Below, piece after piece: positions 1-12,497 of a stretch of DNA of 64,000 nucleotides. Within the stretch, counting starts at the first letter, position 1. The number at the start of each line of letters is the position of its first letter. The notes beneath the pieces are model-generated. The model saw only the letters and a program-made list of their open reading frames with translations, did not search any database and had not been told where the DNA came from. The DNA is from Eledone cirrhosa (taxonomy: Eukaryota). The stretch covers positions 15,004,001 to 15,068,000 of the forward strand of contig OZ024763.1 in NCBI GenBank assembly GCA_964016885.1, read 5' to 3'. The position numbers and the translations under genes were made by a program.

Positions 1-14
1 ATATGTGTGTGTGT

Positions 15-95
<81 letters not shown>

Positions 96-305
96 TATAT
101 ATATGTGTGTATATATATATATGTCCTATGCGAGCAAGACAACCACTCTTGCCTCAAGTGGGAAAACCCCCGTCCAAACCCATGCAAGCGTGGAACACGG
201 ACGCTAAACCTGATGATGATGATGATGATGATATACATATATATATATATATACATATATATACACATATATATATACATATATATGTGTATATATATAC
301 ACATC

Positions 306-349
<44 letters not shown>

Positions 350-445
350 CACGCATATATATATATACACATATATATATACACACACATATACACATAT
401 ATATATATATATATACACACATATATATATATACACATTTTATAT

Positions 446-500
<55 letters not shown>

Positions 501-710
501 TATATATACACATATATATATATATACACATATATATATATATACACATATATATGTACACATATATATATATATACACATATATATATATATACACACA
601 TATATAGATACACACACAGTTGAAAATGAACAAACTAAACACAGGAGGCAATTGTACACACTGACTTTATATGTGTGCCTTTTAACTATAGGAAAAGAAT
701 GAGTATTGAC

Positions 711-770
<60 letters not shown>
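1..770. repeat. (TA)n/(CA)n microsatellite field with an RTE/SINE tail fragment at 123-232
   Basis: Direct inspection. Confidence 0.95.
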
Positions 771-773
<3 letters not shown>

Positions 774-1040
774 TGATGGCTGCCCCGTCGTTATCGAGTA
801 TGGCCATTGCACGATATACCATTATTAATAATTATTAATTAATGCTATCGTGCAATGCCTGTGTGTGAAGTTTATTTTTAAAGTGAGGAAAGACTGTGCA
901 CTGAGCCAATCCCACTCTCTGAGCGACAGTAGCTATAACCTGAAAAGAAGAAAAGATCAACATCATCGGTAACTACTGAGCCACAGGTTTTATATCGGAG
1001 TTATCTCAGTTTCCTGAGTTGCCTTCTCCTAGAAGATTAC

Positions 1041-1533
1041 CCTGACAAAGGCTAAGGGTCCTTCACTCCCAGTGGTTTAACCACGCGATCGGGTGTCCAG
1101 CCCAATTATTTCCAATTAGAATGCCCTGACAAAGGCTAGGGGTCCTTCACTCCCAGTGGTTTAACTGCACGATCAGGTGTCCAGCCCAATTATTTCCAAT
1201 TAGAATGCCCTGACAAAGACTAGGGGTCCTTCACTCCCAGTGGTTTAACTGCATGATCAGGTGTCCAGCCCAATTATTTCCAATTAGAATGCCCTGACAA
1301 AGGCTAGGGGTCCTTCACTCCCAGTGGTTTAACTGCACGATCAGGTGTCCAGCCCAATTATTTCCAATTAGAATGCCCTGACAAAGGCTAGGGGTCCTTC
1401 ACTCCCAGTGGTTTAACTGTACGATCGACTATCCAGCCCAATTATTTTCAATTAGAATACCCTGACAAAGGCTAGGGGTCCTTCACTCCCAGTGGTTTAA
1501 CTGCACGATCGGCTATCCAGCCCAATTATTTCC
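1041..1533. repeat. 84-bp tandem repeat, about 6 copies
   Basis: cctgacaaag recurs at 1041, 1125, 1209, 1293, 1377 and 1461. Confidence 0.92.
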
Positions 1534-2059
1534 CCACACATATACATACATGTACACACACATATACACATATATATATATATATATATACATACATATT
1601 TACACATTTTTAGATGGCCGTTGACTCTTATGAGTTCTTCTGCCCTTTGTCAGGTTTTGTTTTTTGTCCTGCAGGGTGTCCAAAATCACCCTCCTCACCA
1701 AGTAAACTTGGTGGGGTTGCCAGTTTAGTCACCGACGACCCGACCATGCGACAGGTTGTACTGAGTTACATGTTACCAGTAGCACTCAAGAGTGACCCGA
1801 CATAATATATATGTATATATATATATATATATACACTCACATATATATATATATACACATATATATAAGCGCAAATATAGATTTACTCAGTATTGTATAT
1901 ACAGAGAGAAAGACAGACATATAAATACAGAGTATAATAGATGCACACAGATACTCAAAGATGGAGAGAGACACACAGTACAATATTCAGAGAGACACAG
2001 GGTTTTATATATATACATATATAAATAAAGAAAGCCCTCCCCCAACACCAATTACTTAC

Positions 2060-2146
2060 CAGAGTCTGTTGTGGAGGTTTGTCTATTAAGAACACCAAAG
2101 CAGCAGGACTGGTGTTCACAAATTCGAAATCACATTCTATATTTTC
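2060..2146 (-). CDS. MYO18A: Myosin-XVIII exon (ENIECDFEFVNTSPAALVFLIDKPPQQTL)
   Basis: tttaaag| acceptor (AAG), CTG|gtaagt donor, 87 nt, phase 0/0. Corresponds to MYO18A ENIELAF...AVDQASHQSL. Confidence 0.9.
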
Positions 2147-2616
2147 CTTTAAATATAAACAAAACAAAGCTATATATAATTGAAAGGTATTGGAGCGATG
2201 AGTGTATATGAATCTTCATATCATTGTAGGAATCCCAAACACAGAAGTAAGTGTGAAAGAGCCAGCTGCTATTGTGCACAGCAAAAGGTTGGGTTAAAAT
2301 ATAACCTCATATTGAGTGGAAGAATGGTCAGAGAAGAATGGAGAGAGAGAGAGAGGTGAAAGAAAGAGAGTCTAAAGTATATGATGAGAAATCAGAGAAG
2401 TGTAGAGAGAGCAAAGAGAAGAGAAAGAAAGCGGGAATGAGAATGATGGAGCCAAAATTTTCTTTTGGGGAGAATTACAAAAGAGAAAAAACAGTGAAGA
2501 AAGGATAAAGAATGTAAAGCAAAGAGAAATAAAGAACTACAGCATCATAATGACCTTATCAGCTTCCTTCCAACCAACATGGTTACGCGCGGGAAAAGAA
2601 AGTACCATATATTTAA

Positions 2617-3670
2617 CCCTTTAGCATTTACATTACTCTATATATACTATTATATTTTCATAGTAAAGGCTTTACCTCACATAATATCTCACATAACATT
2701 CACATTACTCTATATATACTATTGTATTTTCATGGTAAAGGCCTTACCTCACATAATATTTCACATAACATTTACATTACTCTATATATACTATTATATT
2801 TTCATGGAAAAGACTTTACCTCACATAATATCTCACATAACATTCACATTACTCTATATATACTATTATATTTTCATGGTAAAGGCTTTACCTCACATAA
2901 TATCTCACATAACATTTACATTACTCTATATATACTATTATATTTTCATGGTAAAGGCTTTACCTCACATATCTCACATAACATTCACATTACTCTATAT
3001 ATACTATTATATTTTCATGGTAAAGGCTTTACCTCACATAATATCTCACATAACATTCACATTACTCTATATATACTATTGTATTTTCATGGTAAAGGCC
3101 TTACCTCACATAATATTTCACATAACATTTACATTACTCTATATATACTATTATATTTTTATGGTAAAGGCTTTACCTCACATAATATCTCACATAACAT
3201 TTACATTACTCTATATATACTATTATATTTTCATGGTAAAGACTTTACCTCACATAATATCTCACATAACATTTACATTACTCTATATATACTATTATAT
3301 TTTCATGGTAAAGGCCTTACCTCACATAATATCTCACATAACATTTACATTACTCTATATATACTATTGTATTTTCATGGTAAAGGCTTTACCTCACATA
3401 ACATTCACATTACTCTATATATACTATTATATTTTCATGGTAAAGGCTTTACCTCACATAATATCTCGCATAACATTTACATTACTCTATATATACTATT
3501 ATATTTTCATGGTAAAGGCCTTACCTCACATAATATCTCACATAACATTTACATTACTCTATATATACTATTATATTTTCATGGTAAAGGCCTTACCTCA
3601 CATAATATCGAATCTATGAGATTTTGATATTATTTATTTAGAGAACAACACCTTAACATCAGTATGAGTG
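2617..3670. mobile_element. Same TTAA MITE (partial, opposite orientation) with about 13.5 tandem copies of a 72-bp subterminal unit
   Basis: Starts TTAA-CCCTTTAGCATT; 72-bp period from 2631 to 3606; 3606-3670 is the reverse complement of about 62755-62820. Confidence 0.8.
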
Positions 3671-4423
3671 GCTGGATGGCCTTCATGATACCAACCACCT
3701 TAATAGGTAGACTGGAGGGTTTTTTTGTCATAGCACCAGTTCAATCACCTTACAGGGTGGACTGGGCCCTTTTTGTGTACAACCAACTTATAGGCTGGAT
3801 TAAGTGCCTTCTGTCATGGCACTAGCACAACTACCTTACAGGCGAACTACCACTAAGACTACCAAGACCCCCCCACCAACAACACCACCCAAACTACCAC
3901 CACCAACAACATTAACCACACTAAGGCTACCACCAGCGCCACCACCAACAATAACAATAACACCAAAACTGCCACCACCATCACCATTACCAACAACAAC
4001 AGCATAAAGAACATCTCTGTCACTACCACCATCACCAATATCAACAAGACCACTACCACCACCACCACCATCACCAATATCAACAAGACCACTACCACCA
4101 CCACCACCACCATCACCAATATCAACAAGACCATTACCACCACCACCAATATCAACAAGACCACTACCACTACCACCACCACCACCAATATCAACAAGAC
4201 CACTACCACCACCATCACCAATAGCAACAAGACCACTACCACCACCACCACAACCAAATCACTACCACCACCACCAATATCAACAAGACCACCACTACCA
4301 CCACCAACACCACCAATATCAACAGGACCACTACCACCACCACCAATATCAACAAGACCACTACCACCACCACCAATATCAACAACAAGACCACCACCAC
4401 CACCACCACCAATATCTCTTTAC

Positions 4424-4616
4424 CTGAGAATATCGATCCTGCTGCAGTGTAAAGGTTGCATCATGGAAGAACAACTGTAGCCGTTCTTGGATATAATTAC
4501 AGCAGAGATCTTCAAATGTTGCCCCTGCATTACGTCCACACGTTGATGGGTTTTGGAAGCCAGGTGAGTCAAATATTGTGATAGAACCGAGGTTACGATA
4601 ATTTGACATCATTGTT
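4424..4616 (-). CDS. MYO18A: Myosin-XVIII exon with switch II (TMMSNYRNLGSITIFDSPGFQNP...ATFEDLCCNYIQERLQLFFH...DRYSQ)
   Basis: tttcag| acceptor, CAG|gtaaag donor, 193 nt, phase 2/0. Class-XVIII DxPGFQNP motif. Confidence 0.96.
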
Positions 4617-4713
4617 CTGAAAGACAGCGGAAACAAAACGGTTAATACTGTAAATTTTCACAACAATCTGTCAACTAAAAAAGATAAAAAGATACTAATA
4701 TACTAAGATATAT

Positions 4714-5058
4714 GGAAGCACATGGCTTAGTGGTTAGAGCATTGGCCTTGCAATCGAAAGATTGTGAGTTCAATTCCCAGACCGGGTGATGTGTTGTTTC
4801 CTTGAGCAAGGCACTTTATTTCACATTGCTCCAGTTTACTCAGCTGTAGAAATGAGATGATAGGGACTGGGGTCCCTATCATTCCACTGTAAAGTGGTCG
4901 TGGAGGTGCCACGGCAAAAAAGCACCCAGCACTCACTGTAAATGAGGTTGGTGTTAGGAAGGGTATCCAGCTGTAGAAATCAAGCCAGAATCTGTTCCCG
5001 TCCCACCCTTGCAAGCAGGGAAAAGTGGACGTAAAAATGAAATGATGATGATGAAATG
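4714..5058 (+). mobile_element. tRNA-derived CORE-type SINE with RTE 3' tail
   Basis: A box TGGCTTAGTGG, B box GAGTTCAATTC, CORE-like CCTTGAGCAAG.CACTT. Tail shared with the RTE at 44280-44550. Confidence 0.85.
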
Positions 5059-5435
5059 ATACTATAAACATTTAAATTAACAGACCGCATGAAGCCACAT
5101 TAGCAAAACAGTCTCATCAAGTACAAGGCAGCACTATGACTGCATCACATTAGTTAAGATATTATATCATCATCATCACCACCACCATTTAATGTGTTGT
5201 TCCATGCTTGCATGGGTTAGATGGGTTGTCCACGTTATGAGACAAGTCTGGCCAGTTGGCTGCGCCGTACCTTGCTCAAACAGAACTGGCAGGGATTTCT
5301 ACAGCTGGATGCCCTTCCTAACACCAACCACATTTACAGTGTGGAACTACGTGTTCCTGTTATGAGATAAATCTGATCAGATGGCTGTGCTATTGCCTTG
5401 CAGCTGCTGGATGCCCTTCCTAACACCAACCATGT

Positions 5436-5912
5436 TTACAGTGTCCATTATGAAGAGAGTCTAGCCAGTTTACAGTGTCCATTATGAAGAGAGTCTAGCC
5501 AGTTTACAGTGTCCATTATGAAGAGAGTCTAGCCAGTTTACAGTGTCCATTATGAAGAGAGTCTAGCCAGTTTACAGTGTCCATTATGAAGAGAGTCTAG
5601 CCAGTTTACAGTGTCCATTATGAAGAGAGTCTAGCCAGTTTACAGTGTCCATTATGAAGAGAGTCTAGCCAGTTTACAGTGTCCATTATGAAGAGAGTCT
5701 AGCCAGTTTACAGTGTCCATTATGAAGAGAGTCTAGCCAGTTTACAGTGTCCATTATGAAGAGAGTCTAGCCAGTTTACAGTGTCCATTATGAAGAGAGT
5801 CTAGCCAGTTTACAGTGTCCATTATGAAGAGAGTCTAGCCAGTTTACAGTGTCCATTATGAAGAGAGTCTAGCCAGTTTACAGTGTCCATTATGAAGAGA
5901 GTCTAGCCAGTT
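5436..5912. repeat. 34-bp minisatellite, about 14 copies
   Basis: Unit tttacagtgtccattatgaagagagtctagccag. Confidence 0.95.
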
Positions 5913-6117
5913 GGCCGCACCATACCCTGCTCACAGTGGAACCGTATTTTCGGAGCTGGGTGACCCCATTATGAGGAATGTCTGGCCTGTTTTACGCGCC
6001 ATGTCTTGTTCATAGTGCGGCCGTGTTTAGGCTGGCTTTTTATGGCTGCATATATATATGTCTAACCTTTGCTAGCAGGCAAAGCAAACGTTAAATGATG
6101 ATGACGATATATATATA

Positions 6118-6450
6118 TCATCATTTCATTTTACGTCCGCTTTTCCCTGCTTGCAAGGGTGGGACGGGAACTGATTCTGGCTTGATTTCTACAGCTGGAT
6201 GCCCTTGCTAACACCAACCTCATTTACAGTGAGTGCTGGGTGCTTTTTTGCCGTGGCACCTCCACGACCACTTTGCAGTGGAATGATAGGGACCCCAGTC
6301 CTATCATCTCATTTCTACAGCTGAGTAAACTGGAGCAATGTGAAATAAAGTGTCTTGCTCAAGGAAACAACACATCACCCGGTCTGAGAATTGAACTCAC
6401 AACCTTTCGATTGCAAGGCCAATGCTCTAACCACTAAGCCATATGCCTCC
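6118..6450 (-). mobile_element. CORE-type SINE, same family
   Basis: Reverse-complement near-identity to 4714-5058. Confidence 0.85.
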
Positions 6451-6465
6451 ATATATATATATATA

Positions 6466-6798
6466 TATCAAATAAGAGTAGTTAAGGCAGGATTATTCCA
6501 CCATAATTGCTTTATTGCACGATATATATATATTTCTGTTACATGGTTATACATGTAACTTCATCAGAGGTTTATACAATCATAGGTGTTGTTATGCAAT
6601 CATAGGGATATGACTCTGCTGGCATCACAACTGGATGGTAATACATGACCAGTGCCATACCCCCATGATTGCATAACTACACCCATGATTGAATAAACAT
6701 CTGATGAAGTCCCATGCATAACCATGACGGAGAAATATGTATCATGCCATAAAGAAATTATGGTTGAATAATACCGTCTTAACTACTCTTATTTGATA
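6466..6798. repeat. Diverged inverted repeat, arms about 145 bp
   Basis: tatcaaataagagtagttaag... / ...cttaactactcttatttgata. Confidence 0.8.
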
Positions 6799-7640
6799 AA
6801 TAAATACTCCATCAGTCCTAATCACCAACTCTTAGCTGGGATAAACTACTGACGTGTAGTGCCTTTGGATCACTCAGACCAGCTTACCCTCATCAAGAAG
6901 TTACAACGGGGGGGGGGGGGGATTGTATAGTGTACATTCGTAAATATGCGATTACTTGTAATGTTCTCTTTTTTTGTCATATATAATGTGTTTTTTTTTA
7001 ATGTAAAATAAAATTATTATTAGATTCTCCAGCTGCTGTATCAATATGAATCACTTACAATAAAATTTCGCCAGAGATAGATTAGTAAAATTTATTAAGC
7101 AGGGAAGCTGGGGTTGGAAAACATTCTGAAAAATTAATAAGGAGAGGAAGGGAGGTTGTTCAAAACCTGAGAGTATTTCAGATCAAATTTTCCTTCTCGT
7201 CCCTTTCTAGAGCTGTTAGTAGTATGATGCAATAAATGTTACCACCACCACAACTACAACCAGTACCACTACTACAATCATCAGTATTACTAACAATACT
7301 ATGCAACCCCTATGACAACCACTACCACCACTACTATAACCACCATTACCACTACACAACCACAACTACTACTACAATCAACACCACCACTACCACTACA
7401 CAACCACTACTACAATCAACACCACCACTACTACAAATTCTCAGAGTTACTGAAGCATGGAACAAACTACCTGCATCAGTTGTTAGCTTTCATACACATG
7501 CAAGCATGTATCTGTGTATATCATGACTCATACACTGTTCACTTTCCTGACTTTTGTACATTATTCTATGTACTATATATGCACCTTTGATGAGTTGTAG
7601 TGCAGCTGAGCACTGTACACAATAATTTTCATTGTTATTT

Positions 7641-7829
7641 GGATTGGCAGTATCGGTAGAGAGTTGGATGCCATGCTTTGACGCATAGAGTTACGGCCCT
7701 TGCCATTCTGAGTTCAAATCCCACCGAGGTTAACTTTGCCTTTCATCCTTACGGGGGTCGATAAAATAAAGTACCAGTAATGCACTGGGGTAATTGCTGG
7801 CCTTGTGCCAAAAGTAGAAACAAATTATT
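7641..7829 (+). mobile_element. Meta-domain tRNA SINE
   Basis: B box GAGTTCAAATCC, central GCCTTTCATCCTTACGGGGTCGATAAAATAAAGTACCAG domain, ATT tail. Confidence 0.8.
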
Positions 7830-7845
7830 ACATAGACAGTGTTAC

Positions 7846-7971
7846 CTGTTCATTAAACCAACGAGAACACTGAAGAGTTCCGTATATAAACCTGTGATGA
7901 AAGCTTCTAGGGCATCGGATATGGAGCCTCCAGAGTCTCCTCCATGGCGTCTATCAGCAGCATTAGAGATT
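7846..7971 (-). CDS. MYO18A: Myosin-XVIII exon (ISNAADRRHGGDSGGSISDALEAFITGLYTELFSVLVGLMNR)
   Basis: ccacag| acceptor, AG|gtaaca donor, 126 nt, phase 2/2. Matches the LE....GLY.ELF..LV..N helix. Confidence 0.94.
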
Positions 7972-8261
7972 CTGTGGGAGACAGGGCAACATCGTCAGAC
8001 AATTTCATCAAACATTGGGACAACATCGTCAGACAATTTCATCAAACATTGGGACAACAACGTCAGACAATTTAAACAATATTAAAACATTATCAAGCAA
8101 TTATAGCAAACATTTCTCCTCAATGTGAACAGTTGCGTCAGACATACAGGCAACACACAGCCATACCACACACAGCCACATGCACACAACCAACCAGACA
8201 TAGCACACACAGCCGTACACATATACACGCACAGCCATACTATACATTCACACACACACCC

Positions 8262-9766
8262 ACACCTCATGGAGGCACTACATGTCAAAGTGCCACTAGA
8301 TCACCCCACACACACACAGCCACACGTCAGAGGCACTACATGTCAAAGTGCCACTAGATAACCCCCACACACACACACACAGTCATACCTCACGGAGGCA
8401 CTACATGTCAAAGTGCCACTAGATAACCCCCCCCCCACACACACACAGTCATACCTCACAGAGGCACTACATGTCAAAGTGCCACTAGATCAGCCCCCAC
8501 ACACACACACTCAGCCACACCTCATGGAGGCACTACATGTCAAAGTCAGCCACTCATGGAGGCACTACCATGCCCCTCACACGGCCACACACAGCCTCAA
8601 TCAAGCTCAGCACCTCATGGAGGCACTTATGACAGATCACTAGATCACCCCACACACACACAGTCACACTCAGCATACCTCATGGAGGCACTACATGTTC
8701 AAAGTCCACTAGATCACACCCCCCACACACACACACAGTCACACTCAGCCACACCTCATGGAGGCACTACATGTTGAAAGTTGCCACTAGATCACAACCC
8801 CCCACACACACACACAGTCACACTCAGCCATACCTCATGGAGGCATACTATGTTGTGGAATAGTTACACAGATCACCACACACGACACACACAGTCACAC
8901 TCAGCCATGAGCACTACAGTGGGCTATTTGAAAGTGCCACTAGATCACCCACACACACACACACAGTCACACTCAGCCATACCTCATGGAGGCACTACAT
9001 GTTGAAAGTGCCACTAGATCACCCCACACACACACACACAGTCACACTCAGCCCATACCTCATGGAGGCACTACATGTTGAAAGTGCTGCCACTAGATCA
9101 CCCCACACACACACAGTCACACTCAGCCATACCTCATGGAGGCACTACATGTTGAAAAGTGCCACTAGATCACCCCCCCCCCCCCACACACACACACAGT
9201 CACACTCAGCCATACCTCATGGAAGGCACTACATGTTGAAAGTGCCACTAGATCACAACAAACACACACACACCACAGTCATAGCATCTCATGGAGGACT
9301 ACATGTCGAAAGTGCCCACTAGATCACCCCAAACACACACAGTACAGCTCAGTCCATACTCATGGAGGCACTACATGTCAAAGTGCCACTAGATCACCCC
9401 CACACACACACAGTTACACTCAGCCATACCTCATGGAGGCACTACATGTCAAAAGTGCCACTAGATCACCCACACACACACACAGTTACCTAGCCTACTC
9501 ATGGAAGGCCCTACATGAAGCACTACATCTCAAAGTGCCACTAGATGGCATACCTGTCACTAGCACACTAGATACACACTACACACATACACATGGAGGC
9601 ACTACATGTTGAAAGTGCCACTAGATCACCCCACACACACACAGTCACACTCAGCCATACCTCATGGAGGCACTACATGTTGAAAGTGCCACTAGATCAC
9701 CCCACACACACAGTCCCACTCAGTCATACCTCATGGAGGAACTACGGGTTAGCATGCCACTAGATC
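8262..9766. repeat. Approximately 70-bp irregular tandem array derived from the exon end and donor at 9730
   Basis: Unit catacctcatggaggcactacatgttgaaagtgccactagatcacccc(ac)n. Confidence 0.9.
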
Positions 9767-9877
9767 CTGTCGATGGACTGAAGATGGTCCGAGCCAGTTC
9801 CTCCACTTTGATACCAAGAAGTGTTGCAGCTTTCTGTGCAGCTGCAGGTTTGGCAAAGTGTGTCTTGTTGTTGGTCC
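9730..9877 (-). CDS. MYO18A: Myosin-XVIII exon (GTNNKTHFAKPAAAQKAATLLGIKVEELARTIFSPSTGSSGMLTRSSSMR)
   Basis: ttgcag| acceptor, AG|gtatga donor, 148 nt, phase 1/2. AQKAA.LLG...EEL motif. Confidence 0.94.
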
Positions 9878-9904
9878 CTGCAATTACACAACAAAAACAA
9901 CATT

Positions 9905-10128
9905 AATAATGATTTCTTACGTAGGCACAAGGTCAGTAATTTTGGGGAGGGGGAAAGTTGATTAAATCGACCCCCAGTACGTTACTGGTGCTTTATTTTA
10001 TCGACCCCCGTAAGGATGAAGGGCAAAGTTAACCATGGCGGGATTTGAACTCAGATCATGAAGGGCCATAACTCTATGCTTCAAAGCATGGCGTCCAACC
10101 CCCTACCGATACTGCCAATCAACCACCC
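9905..10128 (-). mobile_element. Meta-domain tRNA SINE
   Basis: Same family; ends about 27 nt from an exon acceptor. Confidence 0.8.
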
Positions 10129-10256
10129 TAACAACAACATTAATAATGACACAACACTGACGATATTAACATTGACAACAACAACAACTTTATGTTCTAA
10201 ACACCATCTTCATAATGAAACGGTTTACTAATCCCGCTAAATTCTTGATTATTTAA

Positions 10257-10499
10257 CCCTTTGGAGATGATAGGGCCGATCTATCGGCCTGATAATACAA
10301 GCCTTGTGATTAGCTGGCTGGCCTTCGTACCAGCCAATCAGATTGCTTCTTGCACATCTGGGCCTTTCAATGGCAGCTTCCATGATAGTTTGCTGTGTTC
10401 TGTAATTTATTTATTATGCACTTTATTTTTTATAATTTTTTTAAAAAATAAGTGCCTGCCCTCTGTAGGGCTTGTGAAAAGGGCTTCGTCTCCAAAGGG
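10257..10499. mobile_element. piggyBac-like MITE
   Basis: TTAA-CCCTTTGGAGA...TCTCCAAAGGG-TTAC terminal inverted repeats. Confidence 0.6.
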
Positions 10500-11051
10500 T
10501 TACAAAAAGTAGGTGCTATTAAGTTAGACATGGTCTGGGTCAATACTGGTCAAAAGTTATCAAAGTTAAGTGTCTCTCATTAGAAATATTGTACTGAATG
10601 TTTTAAAGTGTTTATATTTATCTAAAAATCTTCCATCATATTTTTATGTAATAATTGTTTCTACTTTTGGCACAAGGCCAGCAAATACCCAGTACATTAC
10701 TGGTACTTTATTTTTATGTAATAATATCCAAGTCATATTCTAAACAACAGCTTAATAATGCGAAAGTTAGTTATATTACTGAATCCATTCAAGATTATTT
10801 AAATATCACAGATAGTGTTTTTATAAATACATGGCAAGCTTTCTGTGCCCGGATACCCTTCCTATCACCAACTACTTTACCGCATTTACAGGGTATGTTT
10901 ATTGTGTTGGTCACCAACACTAGGGAGGTTGTCTTGTCCTTGACCTGTCCCGAGGGCCACATGGGTCACATATGTGTTAGCTGAGGGCCACTAACAACAA
11001 CTAATTACGCACATTACAACTAATTTTTTGTATTTTATGTTACGAAGATAA

Positions 11052-11194
11052 AACATACTCGCACTGTAAAAACCTTTGTGTGGGCCGCAGGTGTGCTTGT
11101 AAAGGGCTACATGTTTAACATGGCATGTTAAACATGTAGCCCTTTACAAAGACACCTGCGGCCCACACAAAGGTTTTTACTGCGCGAGTATGTT
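11052..11194. repeat. Near-perfect palindrome, arms about 70 bp
   Basis: Centred on gtttaacatg-g-catgttaaac. Confidence 0.88.
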
Positions 11195-11765
11195 CTAAAC
11201 CATTTGTTTGGGAAGATTTCTACAGCTGGATAACCTCCCTAACACCAACCACTTTACAGTGTGTACCGAGTGTGTTTATAGTATACGTCACCAACACTAC
11301 GGTGATTGTCATGTCCCTTACACAACTACAGGGTCCTCTCAACCATTTATTTGGCAAGCTTTCTGTGCCCGGATAACTTTCCTATCACCAACTGCTTTAC
11401 CGCATTTACAGGGTGTGTTTATTGTGTAGCTCACCAACACCAGAGAGGTTGTTATATCCTTGACACAGCTAAGGGGTCATCAAAGCCTTTTGTTTAGGAA
11501 GATTGCTACAGCGAGATGACCTTCCTATCACCAACCACTTTACCAAATTCTGTATGATATTCAAAACTCGTAAAAAATGACAAGCAGTGTCTTTCATTAG
11601 AAATATGGTAAGCAGGGAGTTAACAACATCACCACTGCCGCCACCATCATCACACACATCATCATCATCTGAAAGGCAAAGCTAACCTCAGAACGCAAAG
11701 GGCCATAACTCTATGCTGCAACGCATGGTGCCTGACGCTCTACCGATACTCCCAAACTAGCTCCC

Positions 11766-11769
<4 letters not shown>

Positions 11770-11800
<31 letters not shown>

Positions 11801-11982
11801 TTTCTAGTATAGGCACAAGGCCAGTAATTTGGGGGGAAGGGGAAAGTCGATTAAATCGACCCTAGTACGTTACTGGTACTTTATTTTATCGACCCCGTAA
11901 GGATGAAAGGCAAAGTTAAACTCGGCGGGATTTGAACTCAGGCCGTAAAGGGACGTTACTCTGTTGCACCCAAACTACCACC
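11770..11982 (-). mobile_element. Meta-domain tRNA SINE
   Basis: Same family, with a (TAA)n tail. Confidence 0.8.
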
Positions 11983-12004
11983 CTATAATAATAATAATAA
12001 TAAT

Positions 12005-12480
12005 ATCAGTGATAGAAAACGATCAGGTGAAGGTGCTGTGGGATTTTAGGATACGGACGGACAGGAAATTAGAACACAATAGGCCTGACCTGGTGGTTTT
12101 GGACAAGGAAAAAAAGATCGTGCCTGATTGTGGATGTGGTCTGCCTATTTGACACGAGAGTGCAAGAGAAGGAGAGGGAGAAAATTAACAGATACCAGGA
12201 CTTAAAGTGGGAGGTAAAAAGGATCTGGAACTGCCATGAAGTCAAAGTGGTCCCGATTGTCATAGGCGCACTAGGGACTATCTCAAAAAGTTTCCAAGGA
12301 TCATGGTTAAAGAAAATTGGCCCCGCCCCGCTTTTTGGAACACTTCAAAAGGCATGCTTGCTGGGAACAGCAAGAATCCTCCAATACGTCCTGAATATCT
12401 GAGGCTGCAGGTAGTGGCTTGATATTCATTTCAACAAACTTTCCAGTTAACTAACATCAATGACTGATACTCAAAGAACA
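12005..12480 (+). mobile_element. R4/Dong-type non-LTR retrotransposon 3' end (restriction-like endonuclease domain)
   Basis: KVLWDF.I.TDR...NRPDLVV.DK / EK..EKI.RYQDL..E..RIW..KVVPIVIGALG / LQKACLLGTARIL, with one frameshift. Flanked on both sides by (TAA)n. Confidence 0.88.
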
Positions 12481-12497
12481 ATAATAATAATAATAAT

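Noticed and set aside
3-812. YI/HT-repeat ORFs (also at 16577-17324, 26626-27315, 33848-34493 and 60650-61260)
   Set aside because: Dinucleotide microsatellites.
806-858. Short hairpin cattgcacgata...tatcgtgcaatg
   Set aside because: A 12-bp stem, probably a repeat remnant; not a supportable terminator or miRNA.
2579-3627. 346-aa and 301-aa hydrophobic repeat ORFs
   Set aside because: 72-bp MITE-derived tandem array.
4714-4790. tRNA gene-like A and B boxes
   Set aside because: SINE heads continuing into CORE or Meta bodies; no complete cloverleaf or oligo-T terminator.
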